DNA of 64,000 bases. Origin: Hormiphora californensis (taxonomy: Eukaryota; Animalia; Ctenophora). Position 1 is the stretch's first letter, and every line of letters begins with the position of its first letter. Below are positions 1 to 12,359 of this stretch, piece by piece. The stretch lies in the NCBI GenBank assembly GCA_020137815.1, contig CM035359.1, positions 6,696,001-6,760,000 of the forward strand, read 5' to 3'. The notes under the pieces were generated by a model. It saw only the letters and a list, made by a program, of their open reading frames with translations, did not search any database and was not told the origin of the DNA. The position numbers were made by a program, and so were the translations under genes.

Positions 1-200
1 ATATCTCTCTCGCTCTCACTCTCTCACTCTCTCACTCTCTATCTCCATCCCCTTTCTCTCTCTCTCTCTCTCTCCCTCTCTCACTCTCTATCTCCATCCC
101 CTTTCTCTCTCTCTCTCTCCCTCTCTCACTCTCTATCTCCATCCCCTTTCTCTCTCTCTCTCCCTCTCTCTCTAGTCTCTTCTTCTCTTTCGCTCTCCAC
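1..200. repeat. (CT)n-rich microsatellite with higher-order unit
   Basis: Visible CT runs with repeated ctcactctctatctccatcccctt unit. Confidence 0.9.
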
Positions 201-2160
201 ATATAATGTTCCATATAATTTCATCATTTATTCCGTCGAATTCCACTCGTAGTTGAGATTCTTCATCAATTAAAGAACTGATCAATAATATTATTACTAG
301 CAAAGCCCCCTGACGTCAGCTGACCCGAACATGATAATATTAATTCAATAACACAGTCCCAATGCGACTGTCGCATCATATCAAGACAATATAATTTCAT
401 CAATCCTGGATGAGTTTCCGATAGCTTCAATGTTTGTTTTGTAAAAATCACATACCACTCGATTGCAAGTCAGAGAGACACGAATCATGAGGAATAATAA
501 TATGTATATATAAAGATAGTTTCCGTAGCAACGACTCTGCGAGTCATAGAGGACTCCAGAGAGCAATCAGAGACCAAGACACAGACAAACATTAATCAAA
601 ACAAACAATTTCTCCTCTTTTCTTATCATGTCTCTCTTCGCCACGACCGAAAATTGAGACCTTTGCTAAAAGAGAGCAAAAGATAGATTGGTATAATAAC
701 AAGAGATAAGATGCCGAAGGAGCTATTCATCTCTGACCACTATACTATTGTTGACTGCTCGTACCAATTACACGATGCTGGTATCAAGGAGATTACATGT
801 ATAATTATACTGATAATAACTCAGTATAATACCTCATGTCATATTAATAAGACTATTTAGTTCTATACTTAGTAGTATTACTAGTAGTATAGTTTTACGA
901 ATCTGCCAACTCTATCAACATTTTGCACCGGGTACAGGTGACAAATTCGAATTTCACGGCTCACACAGCACGCTCACAGAACAATATACAGATACCTCCT
1001 TCAACAAAATCCTCTATATAATATACCTCTCTCATTTCTCAATGACCAAATTCCTCTACTCGCTGAATTCCATAGCAATCTCCCTGGATGAATTCCAAAG
1101 GCGGCTACTGATCACACTATCACCTGCTGCAGAGGCAGCTGGAGGCAATTAGTAGATCAAAATATCACGATCAACAACATGCACAGTACACACACACAGA
1201 CTTCTCCTCATGTCTATCATTATAGTGTGAATAGGAGCCTTCTCAGAAACCAAATCAGACCGGACATCGGTGTCCAGTGTCCACGAAACAAAGCTAATCA
1301 TTTTGGCAGAACTTACAGTTTTCACACAAAACAAACTTCTTCAAGTGTGATACAACATCCGTTATAACCCCTCCTTCCCACCTAATTAGCAGCGAGCAGT
1401 TTCGTTAACTGGGTCCAATTAGTGAGGAATGCAACAGACAACGCTGGTTATATCACGTTAGTATCATGGAAAAGGAAGAAAGGAATAGAGAAAGTACGCT
1501 TCTCACAGAGAGAGATGGCAAAAACAAAAGAGATACAGATTCTAAAATCGGAGCTGCACACGTCGAGATACTGCTGCCTCGTTGCCTTAACTTAATTATA
1601 TGACCAGATAACAAAATATTGTTTCAAGTTACATAAAGTCGGATTTTTTGAAGTTGTCACGTGTGGCGTTGCTGCACTAAAATCCTGTAGAACTCGAATC
1701 CTACATTGGAAATTTTGTGGGGAACTGTCCCACTTCACACTTGGATAAAATTATTACAGATAAAATGAAAAAGCACCCGTCTGGATCGTCTAACCTTATC
1801 CATCCGGAGATCTTCACGGTGAGATAAACATCTGTAAACTGTTTGGAGTCCTTGAGGTTTCGTGCCATTTTGTTTCCGGGAGAAGGCAGAAGCCTGCACT
1901 AAAACGGCTCTAACCGCCAAACCACTCAACCGTTTTGGCTAATCATTAGCCCTAACCGATAACCCCAAAGAAAACACTAACCCGACCCTAACAACAGCCC
2001 TAACCCGTCCCGACCGCCAAAATCGATTGTTAGCAATGGAAGGCACCTATAAAGTCGGATTTTTTGAAACGAAATTTGGAGATTTTTACAGATTTTAGAA
2101 AACAATAAATTATAATAAATTACCCACACACCGTCATACTCTCATACTCCCTCTCTCTGC

Positions 2161-2346
2161 TCACTTGTCTCGAAAGTCTACATCTTCCACACTGACTGGG
2201 ACAACCCTTCTCTTGGTTCCCCGAAGCGCAACAAGAGTTGATCTTAACAAACTGAATCGTGTCTTTTCTCGGATGAAGGACATGGTTTCAGCGTAACTCT
2301 CCTTGTGCCTGTCACAGATCTTCCTGGCCGCTCGCTCCAAAACCTT
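2161..2346 (-). CDS. CRE polyprotein, 3' end (KVLERAARKICDRHKESYAETMSFIREKTRFSLLRSTLVALRG...)
   Basis: Removing 2347-6806 and one TT copy restores in-frame GCC GGA GAA GTA GGG AAG GTT TTG (AGEVGKVL). Confidence 0.85.
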   Translation of the reverse strand, partial: KVLERAARKICDRHKESYAETMSFIREKTRFSLLRSTLVALRGTKRRVVPVSVEDVDFRDK

Positions 2347-3099
2347 CCCTAGTAAAGGTCGCGCGGGCAATTATGGTGAAAATTGGCCAATCTACAAACA
2401 TTAATGCGCGAATCCTCAACAATATTGGCCAATCTTCGCTGGATGCGCAAATAGATTGGCCAATCTTCGCTGGCCATGGCTGAATTTCACAGCTGTTTCG
2501 CGCGCACACAACCCAAGATAACTGGTTTCGCGCCCCACGTCTATGCCACTCGATGCTCGACAAATCCCCCGGTAAGGGATCAGCCGATGATGCTATTTGA
2601 ATAATGTTACTTTGCTGACAGCATGCTTCCAATGAGATTTAATAACATGCAGCAATGTGAATTGAGATGATCCAATTATGAAATGTTACTTTTCGGTAAT
2701 CTGGTACAGTCTTATCGGTGCAGTGATACTATACTGATGTTAGGGATCAGAATGATTTGAAAAGTAGACACCAAGAGGATTGCAGAACACCCGGAATTTT
2801 GATTTTAGCATAACGGGAACCATTTCCTCCCCATGGCGCCCTTTTTAGGGACCAAAACGAGGTCAGGGCCAGAGGGTACTCGCGAAATACGGTCCACGGT
2901 CTCTGCGCCCCCAGCGACTCTCTCGACAGACACAAATTGGGTCGAGGAGAGTTAAAACTTCCTCAGAAATATTCAGGTGTTTTTGAATGACCGATATGAA
3001 AATTCAATTAAATGATATATATACCAAGTAAAATTTAAAATTACAAGAGCGGATTTGGCTCAGTTGATAGCAGCTTGTCTGTCACCCTCAGACAAATAT

Positions 3100-3958
3100 G
3101 TTCTTCTGACCCACAAACACAACCCGAATTCCCACATGAACCTCTTTCCTATGACGGGCATCGAGTACACCACTAGTGGCGGTGCAAAGATCTCACCATC
3201 GGATCATGTAAGGGATCTGGGTATCAAAGTCTCCAGTGACTTATCCTGGAGACCGCACCTCGTAAATTTGGCCAAACGAGGAAGATGCATGGCACAATGG
3301 GTGTTCGGGGTGTTCTCCAGTAGGGAACCAGAGCTGATGATCACTGTATATAAATCACTGGTCAGAAGCTTGATGGAGTACTGCTCTCCATTGTGGAGCC
3401 CGCAAACCGTCGGAGACATCCAACTGCTAGAGTCTGTTCAGCGGGGTTTCACAGCGAAAATCTCGGGTATGAAGGACCTTGACTACTGGCAGCGCCTAAA
3501 AGCCCTTGACTTGATGTCTTTGCAAAGACGACGGGATAGGTATGCGGTGCTAATTATGCACAAGACATATCGGGAGTTGATACCAAACGAAACCGGTGTT
3601 AGCTTCAACCGTACATCCCGCCACGGTGTCAAAGCAGAGTTACCTGACCTGTCACGGGTGAAGAGCAAAAGAACTAGCACAATATACAGCTCTTCTTTCG
3701 GTTCCATCGGCCCTAGACTGTGGAACTGTCTCCCGGACGATCTGAGGGAGATTGAGGACCCTGATTTATTTAAACATAAGTTGGACCTCCTTCTCCGTGA
3801 TATCCCAGACCGTCCGCCTACACCTGGATATCAAGCACCAAACAGAAACTCTTTGTCTGACTGGTGTGTTGGAGCCAGTTTCAATAAACGGTGGTCCGAG
3901 TTCCTGGGATGACCTGACGTATCATGACGAACAACTCAAAAGTATCAAAAAGTAAGTA
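3100..3958 (+). mobile_element. 5'-truncated CR1/L2-group LINE (RT thumb and C-terminus)
   Basis: VRDLGIKVSSDLSW, YKSLVRSLMEYCSPLWSP, LESVQR, SLQRRRDR and PRLWNCLP motifs; short repeat tail before a (CT)n run. Confidence 0.85.
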
Positions 3959-4016
3959 TCTCTCTCTCTCCTCTATCCTATCTCTCTCGTCTCTCTATCT
4001 CTCTCTCTCTGCGATC

Positions 4017-4104
<88 letters not shown>
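3958..4104. repeat. (CT)n microsatellite
   Basis: Direct observation. Confidence 0.95.
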
Positions 4105-4107
<3 letters not shown>

Positions 4108-5290
4108 ACGGTTGTTTCGTTGTATGTCTGTGTAGCACACCGTTCTTTGTGATTTAACCGATATGGAGAGTGAAAATGAAAGTGAAGGTTCTGCATCTGA
4201 TCCAACCCAACTCATTGCCGATGAGATTGTCAACCTTGCCAGCAAATTCTCAGTGACAGTTGGAGGTCACACTTTGTCTTATGATAGTGTTATGTACAAG
4301 ATTGAGAAAAAAGACCTCATTTTTGGTACTTGTGGAGATCCTCGCATTGAGAAACAGAACAAAAAGAAGTTGCTTGAGTTGCTTGAAGAGTTGTCCCGTC
4401 TTCTTTTCTACAAGTGTCTCCCTGTTATTGACACGTTCAACCAACGAGTGAAGATTACTGAGCTAGAGAAGGAGCTGCAAACGCACCAGAAAGATGTGAT
4501 CCAGTTGCAAAAGAAAGTGATCCAGTTGCAAGACAAGGAGCTGAGTGCAGCTAGGCTAAAGCCGTGGCCCAAACAGTAGAGAGAGAGATGAAGCGAGCAG
4601 CAAAACCGCCTAAGAAGGATGAGGAAACTGACAGGAGCAGAAACATCATTTTCTACAACGTTGATGAAGAGGATGGCGAACAGGATACACCCGAAACTGC
4701 TAAGGTGGATCAAGAGTGTGTTGAGGAAATCGTTGGGGCTCTAAACGAGAAGTTCAAGCTGTCTGATGTGAAGAGAATTGGCGTAAAGAGTAGTGACAAG
4801 GCGAGACCAATTGTGGCGACACTGTCATCGAGAGAGAATGTTGTGACTCTATTGAGGAAGGCTAAAGAGTTGAGAGAGACCGAAAACTTTTCTGATATTT
4901 ATCTTTCCCCAGATAGAACGTTTGAGGAGAGAGTGGAGAGAAAGAGAACAGTTGAGATTTTTAAGAAGTTGAAAGCAGACAATCCAACTAAACAATATGT
5001 GATACGGAGAGGGGTCATAGAATGTGTGTGATATCGCCACATTCCATCATTCTCACCCTCACATTCCACCTCATTCACCCTCACTACGCACTCATATTCA
5101 CATTCTCACTGCGCCCTACAAGCTTGTGGAGGTACTTGTATCTCTTCGCATGGGGCGGGGGGCCGGACAAGTGTGTTTTGTGTTTATTGAGTGGTTCATT
5201 TCCATTGTATTTGTCCAACTTTATATTTCTTCAGTTCAGTTCAGTTCAGTTCAGTTCAGTTCAGTTCAGTTCAGTTCAGTTCAGTTCAGT
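4105..5290 (+). mobile_element. ORF1-only LINE-derived element with (TTCAG)n tail; ORF1 at 4163-5031 has one frameshift near 4560
   Basis: Coiled coil then RSRNIIFYNVDE...RIG...ARPIVATL...IYLSPDRTFEER, typical of CR1/L2-type ORF1; no ORF2; (TTCAG)n at 5230-5290. Confidence 0.65.
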
Positions 5291-5412
5291 TCTCTCTCAC
5301 TCTCGCGTTTGCAACATTGTTATCAATCACCTGTTAAAACTGGAAGAACTACAGTAAGTACTCGAGTACTCCAGTACACCAGATCTCTCAGTTCTCAAAT
5401 TTGTGAACTGAG

Positions 5413-5458
<46 letters not shown>

Positions 5459-6808
5459 CCTTCTCTCTCATTCCCCTCTCTCCCAATCCCAGTCCCCCCT
5501 CTCATTCTCCCCTCTCATTCCCTCTTCTCTCCCAAACTCATTCCCCCTCCCATTCCCATCTCTCATTCCCCCTCTCATTCCCACTATATCCCAATCTCTC
5601 ACTCCCCCGCTCATTATCCCCCTCTCATTCCCCCCTCTTTCCCAAACTCATTCCCATATCTCATTCTCCATCTCCCAATCTCTCATTCCCGGTTCCCCAT
5701 TTCATTATGCCCCTCTCGTTATCCCCCTCTCAGGTGTGGCACTGGCTATTAATTATCGCACATTGAGAATCAAGTGTCCTGATTGGCCAGTGGATCTCTA
5801 TCTCAATTCACACATTACGTTCCACGTTATTGTATGTCACGCTGATACCTTCACGTGATGGAAAAGAGAGAGTGCATGCCCATTGGGTGTCGCATTCTAT
5901 CACATGTATAACACCTCAGTATCACGTGGATCGGACCAAGCTCCAAAACATGTTGTTCGTGGACGGTTTTCTAAAGTTTAGCGAAATAATAGTCGCTCAC
6001 TAACTTGACTTCTAAATTTCAACACTAAACTGAATTTAGTTTCGTGGAGGACACCCAGGGAAGGAAAGGTGAAAACATGATGACCAGATGAGAGAAACCA
6101 CAGAAGGAAGTCCAGCACAGCTCAGGAAACCAAGATAAGTAGAAGGGAGGTCCAGTAAGGAAGGGAGATATCCACGATGACCAGATGAGAGAAAGCGGTA
6201 GGAGGGAGAAGAAGATCACAGGGAAGATAGGTGAAAACACCACAGGTGAGAGGAAGCCGCAGGAGGGTCGTAGAAGGAAATCCAGCAGAACCCAGATTGA
6301 GAAGAAAGTGTCCATGAAGGGGGAGTGAAACCACGATTAACAGGTGAGAGAAAGCTGCAGGAAGGATGTAGAATAGGGCTAGAAAGGAACGGTAAGATGT
6401 TTTACAAAAGGTTTACAGCACGGGAAAGGGGGTAGACATGACATTGGCGAGAGGGCTAGAAAGGGAAGGTAAGATGTTTTACAAAAGGTTTACAGCACGG
6501 GAAAGGGGGTAGCAATTGGCGATAGGGTTAGAAAGGGAAGGTGAGATGTTTCACAGAAGGTTCCTTGCATTGTGGTAACCGTTGCCGTGCATCCAACGCG
6601 ACTTTCAGGCTTGCATTTTAAATAATTTTGCGCGGCTTTAACAGTTTTAGCGCGGCTTTACAATTGCGCGTTCTGAATAACAGCGAAGATTGGCCAATAT
6701 ATTTGCGCATCCAGCAAAGATTGGCCAATATTGTTGAGGATTCGCGCATTAATGTTTGTAGATTGGCCAATTTTCACCATAATTGCCCGCACGACCTTTA
6801 CTAGGGTT

Positions 6809-9800
6809 CCCTACTTCTCCGGCAAAACCTCCCGACGTGGAGAATACGAGGGGCGTGAAGGAACCCTGCTCCACTTCTTGCACCCTTCGCATATAGGCAA
6901 GTTTCTTCTGATTTTGGTGCTGTTTATACAGGTTCGTGATGGGCATCTTCAGGTAGGATGGGGCATTAGGATGGAACACCCGTACATCCATGAAACTGGC
7001 CTGCATGTCAGACCATAAGCCACGACAGACTATGTCCATTCGTGCTTCGGCTTTGATATTTGCACTGATTGGCAGGTTGAATCCGTCACAGGGCAACATT
7101 GGCTGTTCAGTGTTAACGGGTTTAAATCCCGCATACCGAAGGATATCGGCTAAGGTATCCCGAAGGTGGTCATGTCTCCACATATCAAAGCCTCCAACCT
7201 TGCAGATCAAGGCGTGGTCACTGGTGTTTTGTGCCCCACAGCCGCATTTCCCTATCAGGTCCGGGAAGTGGAAGCCGTATCTGAGCCGAATGGCATCGAC
7301 AAACTCAACCTGGTTGAGCTCATGGCCCAGTTTCTGCAGCGGTCGAGCAGTTAGCCAACTAGAAGCACCGGGTTCGGAGCACAGCTCCATCGCACGCTGT
7401 GTCTTCATATCAAGTACTGCAAAGATATCTGTACGTTCCGTTGCATGCCTCTCATCAGTGGCGTCGGCACACTTCTTCTTCAACTTTCCGCTTTTCATCT
7501 CGGCATCCATGATGTTATTTGGACAGTCCTCTTCCGCCAGGATAAGAGACACTAGTGGTCCGGTAGCAAAACGGGAATTATTGTATTCTTGATTAGCCGT
7601 TTGTACCGGATTTTCCAATGCCAAACCTCCCATCTTGACGGGGAGTGCTAGGATCCTCCTCTCAATGTCCGAGATATGCTTTCCCACAAATAGGGGTATC
7701 AGCTTGTGCCTCAGGATGTCTTCCATAGGTTGGAACAAGTGCCCTATATCAGGTAGTGTTCGCTGCAGGTACGACCACTTCATTTTCAAACTGCGGACAT
7801 AGTTCGAATATGCAAGGTGGGGGTGAGTTTTCGCAACAGTAACCAGGTTTTCAAGGCAGCTCACCCATTCGGAAACTTTGTTCGTAACAAATGTTGTCTT
7901 GAATTCAGTCGATCCGATTGCTGCACCGAGGTGTCTGGCACCAGCAGTTGTAATCTGTACACCGGTCTCACCAAATAACTCCTGTGCCTTCTCCAGGTGG
8001 TGCTCCTTTGCGATCAGGACACATTTATCGGGGTTGATATGGTACCCGAACGCTGGACCGTGTGTTGTGATGATTTCGTACCACTCATGTAGTCCCGAGA
8101 TGGTTCCTGCAGCATTTCCATCGTCAGCGTACCATACCTGCAGTACATCTTCGAGATCAGCCAGACTAATCAGGGGGAGAATGCCGATACTGTACATTGC
8201 CATTGCAGATGGACAGCCCTGCGTGGCACCCTCTTCGCTCATCAACACTTGGTTTCCGACGTACAATGGTGATGGTGCCCCGTATAGATTGTTGAACAGT
8301 TGTGCAAGTATGGGACAAAGTCTGTCAACACTATGCAGCGCAAGTCCTCTGTTCAAGCGATTGAAGGCGTTACTTGCATCTAACAGAAGAGCACCCTCAC
8401 AATCAGCTTCCTCAAACCGATCGGATAGTGAATGAATGGCTGCCTCACAGCCGCCAGACTGCCCTGCAGCCAACTGTACACAGTTTGCAGCAACTTTAAT
8501 CGCTACACGCTGGGAGAAGATAATAGCTTTGACGACTATTCTTCTGAACACTTCTCCAATACCGATTGGCCGAGTACCTCCATCTGTCTTCTCCAGTGGA
8601 ATCAGGCGAGACGAGCAGAATATTGCAAGAAAGTCACCATGAACTTCGGTAGTTGCAAGTTTCTGGGCAACCAAACTCAAGGCATCACACAGTGCCGTAG
8701 ACGATTGTTTGAATTTCTTTGCACATAGGATTCTGCTCACCCCGGAGGCGTCAAAACCACTGGGACCACCTGAACCTTTGATATTTAAACCACATTTGTA
8801 AATGCTCTCACCGGTTATGCCCTGAAATGTGACTGGCTGGTGGTCGGCAGGTGGGTCACTGTGTACATATTTGCTGCTGATAGGTGAAGCGGGTGGATGC
8901 TTCTTTTCAAGGTCGAGGAGTACCTCGTCAGTGCAGCTTTTGACTCCACATGTGTGTCTGGAAGAGTCAAGCCATCCCGTGGCTTCACTGGTCTGTCCGT
9001 TTCTCATTAGATCGACGAACCGTTTGTTACACCGCTCCTCACTGGGGGATTGGTAATTCAGAGGTTTCTGGATTGCAGCAGCCTCACGGAATAACTGATC
9101 AAATTTCCCACTTTTCCATAGCTCAAGTCTCCGCTCCAACAGGTTTTTATGTCCACCAACCTTGGACTTTTTGCTCGGTTTCTGCAGGAGAAGTGCAGGA
9201 GCTAGCACTAGGGCTGATAATGCATAAGACTCCGCAGCAGTGGATGTCGCGAAAAGGTTTGCCAGCCTAGTGAGTTCATCGATGAAACCTCTGCCAACTG
9301 CTCCAAATGGAACCTCAAACAAGTTGGGAGCCCAGGTGCTGATTAGTGGTGCAAGAGCCTGTAGCTTCACGAATACCTCCTCTGCATTCAAATCTCCCCA
9401 ACAATTCACCTGAGATAGCTGCGGTCTCGGTGGTGGGCCCTGATTTACATCCGAGCAAGCTAAACAGAGGGTTGGTGAGTAATCTGGGATTGGAGATAAC
9501 TCGTTTGTGGGTGGTTGTGCTGGTGTGACACACTGTGGGTGGATGAGATTGCTACATGCAGTGCAACTAACGAACTCGGCAAAGTATATCTTCTCACTGC
9601 ACTCACAGCACACGGCATCAATTGACAGAGCATTTCTGATATTTCTAATGCACTCATCAGTCGAATCGTTACTCTCATCATGACATTCTGAATGTTTGTT
9701 GAATGATATTTCAGAGTCAAAAGTGTTGGAATCGTTTGAACCAAATGATGGGAATTCAGAACGAGGCGTAAAGAATGAGAGTAGGTGAGAATCAGGTCGT

Positions 9801-9847
9801 AAGGTGACTGGAGTTGATTGACATCGTGATGGTGATCCTCTTGACAT
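6809..9847 (-). CDS. CRE polyprotein, 5' part (PHD-like finger, RT, zinc knuckle, RLE)
   Basis: ORF 6749..9877; first ATG at 9847; the last ~14 aa of the ORF-track protein come from the inserted TIR. Confidence 0.85.
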
Positions 9848-10925
9848 CGGGAAAGTGTGATGAGCATCTGGTGACAAGGGTCACCAGGGATCCTCCTCGG
9901 TCCTCAGGCAACAGGGCACGTGACTATGTTTAAGCCACGCGTGCCCAAACAAAAAGACAGAAAAACGAGAAGAGACGAGAGAGAAACCAAAACACACAGA
10001 TTTTTTGAAACTGTCACCCCAAAACGACCGCGCATGTGAAATTTATCAATTTCGACGCGCACACCACACGTTAACATGTGATGTGACGCGCAAAAACATT
10101 CCGCGCATGAAAAGGGGGGTGACAGTTTCAAAAAATCCGACTTTAGATTTTAACGTTTTCCTTGGCATACGTTGCAGGCCCCTTATAATATAATATAAGG
10201 GGCCTGGAGGGAATACCGCGCTGGGGGGGAATACATAAACAATCATATCTCCGGTTCCAGATAAGGTACAGAAATCGTTTTGGTAGCGTTGGAAAGAGGA
10301 AGATAACAGCTTTAAAATGCAACCGGTTTCAGGTCTCTATCTTATCAGGAACAGGAGATATGAACCAAACTCCGCAAAATCGAGTGCGGTAAAATAAAAA
10401 ATTCGAGATTTTAATTCAAATTTGAAACAAAGTGTCCCTGCAGGGATCTGTGACGTCACTTTTTGAAAACAACCCATCTTTGAACGGTTATTGCTCAGCC
10501 TCCTGAAGTCCAATTTACTTCTCTCAAAAACAGCAAGGTAGATAATTGTCAGATCTAACAGCTAGTGAAAGAATCAAGTCAAACGGACTTCAGGGGCCAA
10601 AGTTATAAGCACCGCCGTTTTTTCGCTCGCAAAGTTATCTTCGACCCAGCCGGGCCCGTCCTGAGCTCAGGCCAAACGCGCGCGCGGCATTCCCTTCAGT
10701 CCCCTCGTTGCGGGGGTGCGCGCATGAGGGGGCTGCAGCGCATTCCAAACGTTTTCCCGCGGACGACGCGTGTGTTTTTGATGAGAGATTTTAGCTAAAA
10801 TTTAGTCCAATCTGCGCGCCGCGTCCAAGCGGCGTCGTCGCAATATTAATTTATTCGCGCGCTACGTCTAAATAGCCAACTGCAACGTAACGTATTTAAA
10901 CTAAATTTATTTCCATAAGGAACCA

Positions 10926-11671
10926 TAATAAAGTTCAAGAGCCTCCAAGAGCGCACCCCATCCAAGAGAGACCAAAATCAAGAGCACACCACAATCAAGG
11001 GTAGGCGGTAAATGTTAACCAGATCTGTGAGAATTTCGCACGTTTTTGCCCATAACTCAGCCATTTCTCGACCAATTTGCAAAATCTTTGGCTCATTGGA
11101 AAGATGACATTGAGATCTCTCAAATGAGCTCAAGAAAATGAAAATTGGCGCAAATTGCGCGGCGTGGTGGCGAAAACGCGCATTTTTCGCCATGACGCCG
11201 CGCATTTTGCGCCGATTTTAGTTTTGTTGGGCTCACTTGAAAGAGCTCAATGTCCTCTTTACAACGCACCCAAGATTTTGCAAATTGGTCAAGAAATGAC
11301 TGAGTTATGGACAAAAACGTGGTTTTGCACGTACGTTTTTTCTCAGATCTGGTTAACATTTACCGCCTACCACAATCAAGAGAGACCAAAATCAAGAGCA
11401 CACCACAATCAAGAGAGACCGAATCAAGAGCACACCACAATCAAGAGAGACCAAATCAAGAGCGCACCACAATCAAGAGAGCTCCCTATCCAGAAGATAC
11501 CAGATGTGGTGCGCTCTTGAATTTGGCCTCTCTTGATTGTGGTGTGCTCTTGATTTTGGTCTCTCTTGATTGTGGTGTGCTCTTGATTTTGGTCTCTCTT
11601 GATTGTGGTGCGCTCTTGATTTTGGTCTCTCTTGGATTGGGTGCGCTCTTGGAGGCTCTTGAACTTTATTA
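10926..11671. mobile_element. Foldback element with ~31-bp tandem subrepeats
   Basis: TIR TAATAAAGTTCAAGAGCCTCCAAGAGCGCACC; arms made of caagagagaccaaaatcaagagcacaccacaat units. Confidence 0.75.
11000..11371. mobile_element. 372-bp MITE with 9-bp TSD (Mutator- or Merlin-like)
   Basis: TIR GGTAGGCGGTAAATGTTAACCAGATCTG; TSD ACAATCAAG; second copy at 40518-40889. Confidence 0.85.
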
Positions 11672-11895
11672 AAGTCGGATTTTTTGAAACTGTCACCCCC
11701 CTGGGTATTTTCAAATTTCGTAAATGACCATAAATCCGGTTCCTGACGAGATAGAGACTTGAAATTTAGAGGTTACGAAGATCTTGCTAAGTTCTTCCGA
11801 ACCTCCAAATTTCAAGTCTCTATCTTATCAGGAACCGGAGATATGGCAAATTTTGTTATTTCAGGGGGGTGACAGTTTCAAAAAATCCGACTTTA
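11670..11895. mobile_element. MITE, TAAAGTCGG TIR family
   Basis: TAAAGTCGGATTTTTTGAAACTGTCACCCCCC...GGGGGGTGACAGTTTCAAAAAATCCGACTTTA. Confidence 0.85.
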
Positions 11896-12163
11896 TGGTT
11901 CCTTATTTTTATTTCGAGCCTTTTTTTTTTAAAAAATGGAGTAAACTTTGCATTTTAATTTTGGAAACCAATTGAAAAGCGCTGCCTTATCCCGCGGGGG
12001 CCCGCAGCGCTTGCCAAGGAAATCAATCAAAATTTTCATTTTTAAACGGCCAGCGTTAAAATCTGGGTGTTTCGTGAGTGCTGACAAACGGTTTTTTAGG
12101 GTTAGGGTTGGGGTTTGAGTTGGGTTAGGCCTTGACATTTCCTACCAGATAAACTTTGAATTA

Positions 12164-12357
12164 AGAGTTTATACGTCGCTAAGTAGCGGCGCTTACCACA
12201 CAAGAGAATGAAATCACCATTCTCTTACTCTTAATATCTCTTACACGAAAATAAGAGTTATTTTGGAAATCAGTCAGCACCTGTCGCTTACTCCAGTAAG
12301 CGATTGCGAAATCAATCAGCACCTGCTAACTTCAGTAAGAGTCGTATGATATCCCTC
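12164..12357 (+). repeat. Dispersed repeat end; second copy at about 24323-24516
   Basis: Near-identical ~195 bp beginning AGAGTTTATACGTCGCTAAG; this copy is cut by the LINE that follows. Confidence 0.75.
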
Positions 12358-12359
12358 TA

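Larger units (their letters stand above)
2347..6806. mobile_element. Non-autonomous TIR DNA transposon, probably CMC/EnSpm-like
   Basis: ~130-bp TIRs CCCTAGTAAAGGTCG...CGACCTTTACTAGGG; 2-bp TSD TT at 2345-2346 and 6807-6808; subterminal ATTGGCCAAT repeats; no transposase. Confidence 0.75.
2071..9998 (-). mobile_element. CRE-clade non-LTR retrotransposon (RT plus C-terminal restriction-like endonuclease), interrupted at 2347-6806
   Basis: 13-bp TSD GATTTTTTGAAAC at 2058-2070 and 9999-10011; single long ORF with RPIGIGE, QGCP and WYADD RT motifs, CGC..HALIC..RHD knuckle and RMD...MDVRV..K RLE motifs. Confidence 0.88.
2050..10145. mobile_element. MITE (TAAAGTCGGATTTTTTGAA TIR family) split by a retrotransposon insertion; pieces are 2050-2070 and 9999-10145
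   Basis: Joined pieces match the reverse complement of the intact copy at 32855-33009; same TIR at 1635 and 11670-11895. Confidence 0.85.

Noticed and set aside
240-1370. Degraded LINE-like coding fragments
   Set aside because: Coding-like feel but no diagnostic motif I could support.
5024-5752. 242-aa ORF
   Set aside because: Reads through microsatellites and pyrimidine-rich low-complexity DNA.
6990-9270. Plus-strand ORFs opposite the CRE ORF
   Set aside because: Antisense shadows with no recognisable motifs.
9880-9950. Self-cleaving ribozyme in the CRE 5' UTR
   Set aside because: A hairpin and CTGAGGA are present on the minus strand, but there is no GAAA core and I could not build an HDV pseudoknot; needs a covariance-model search.
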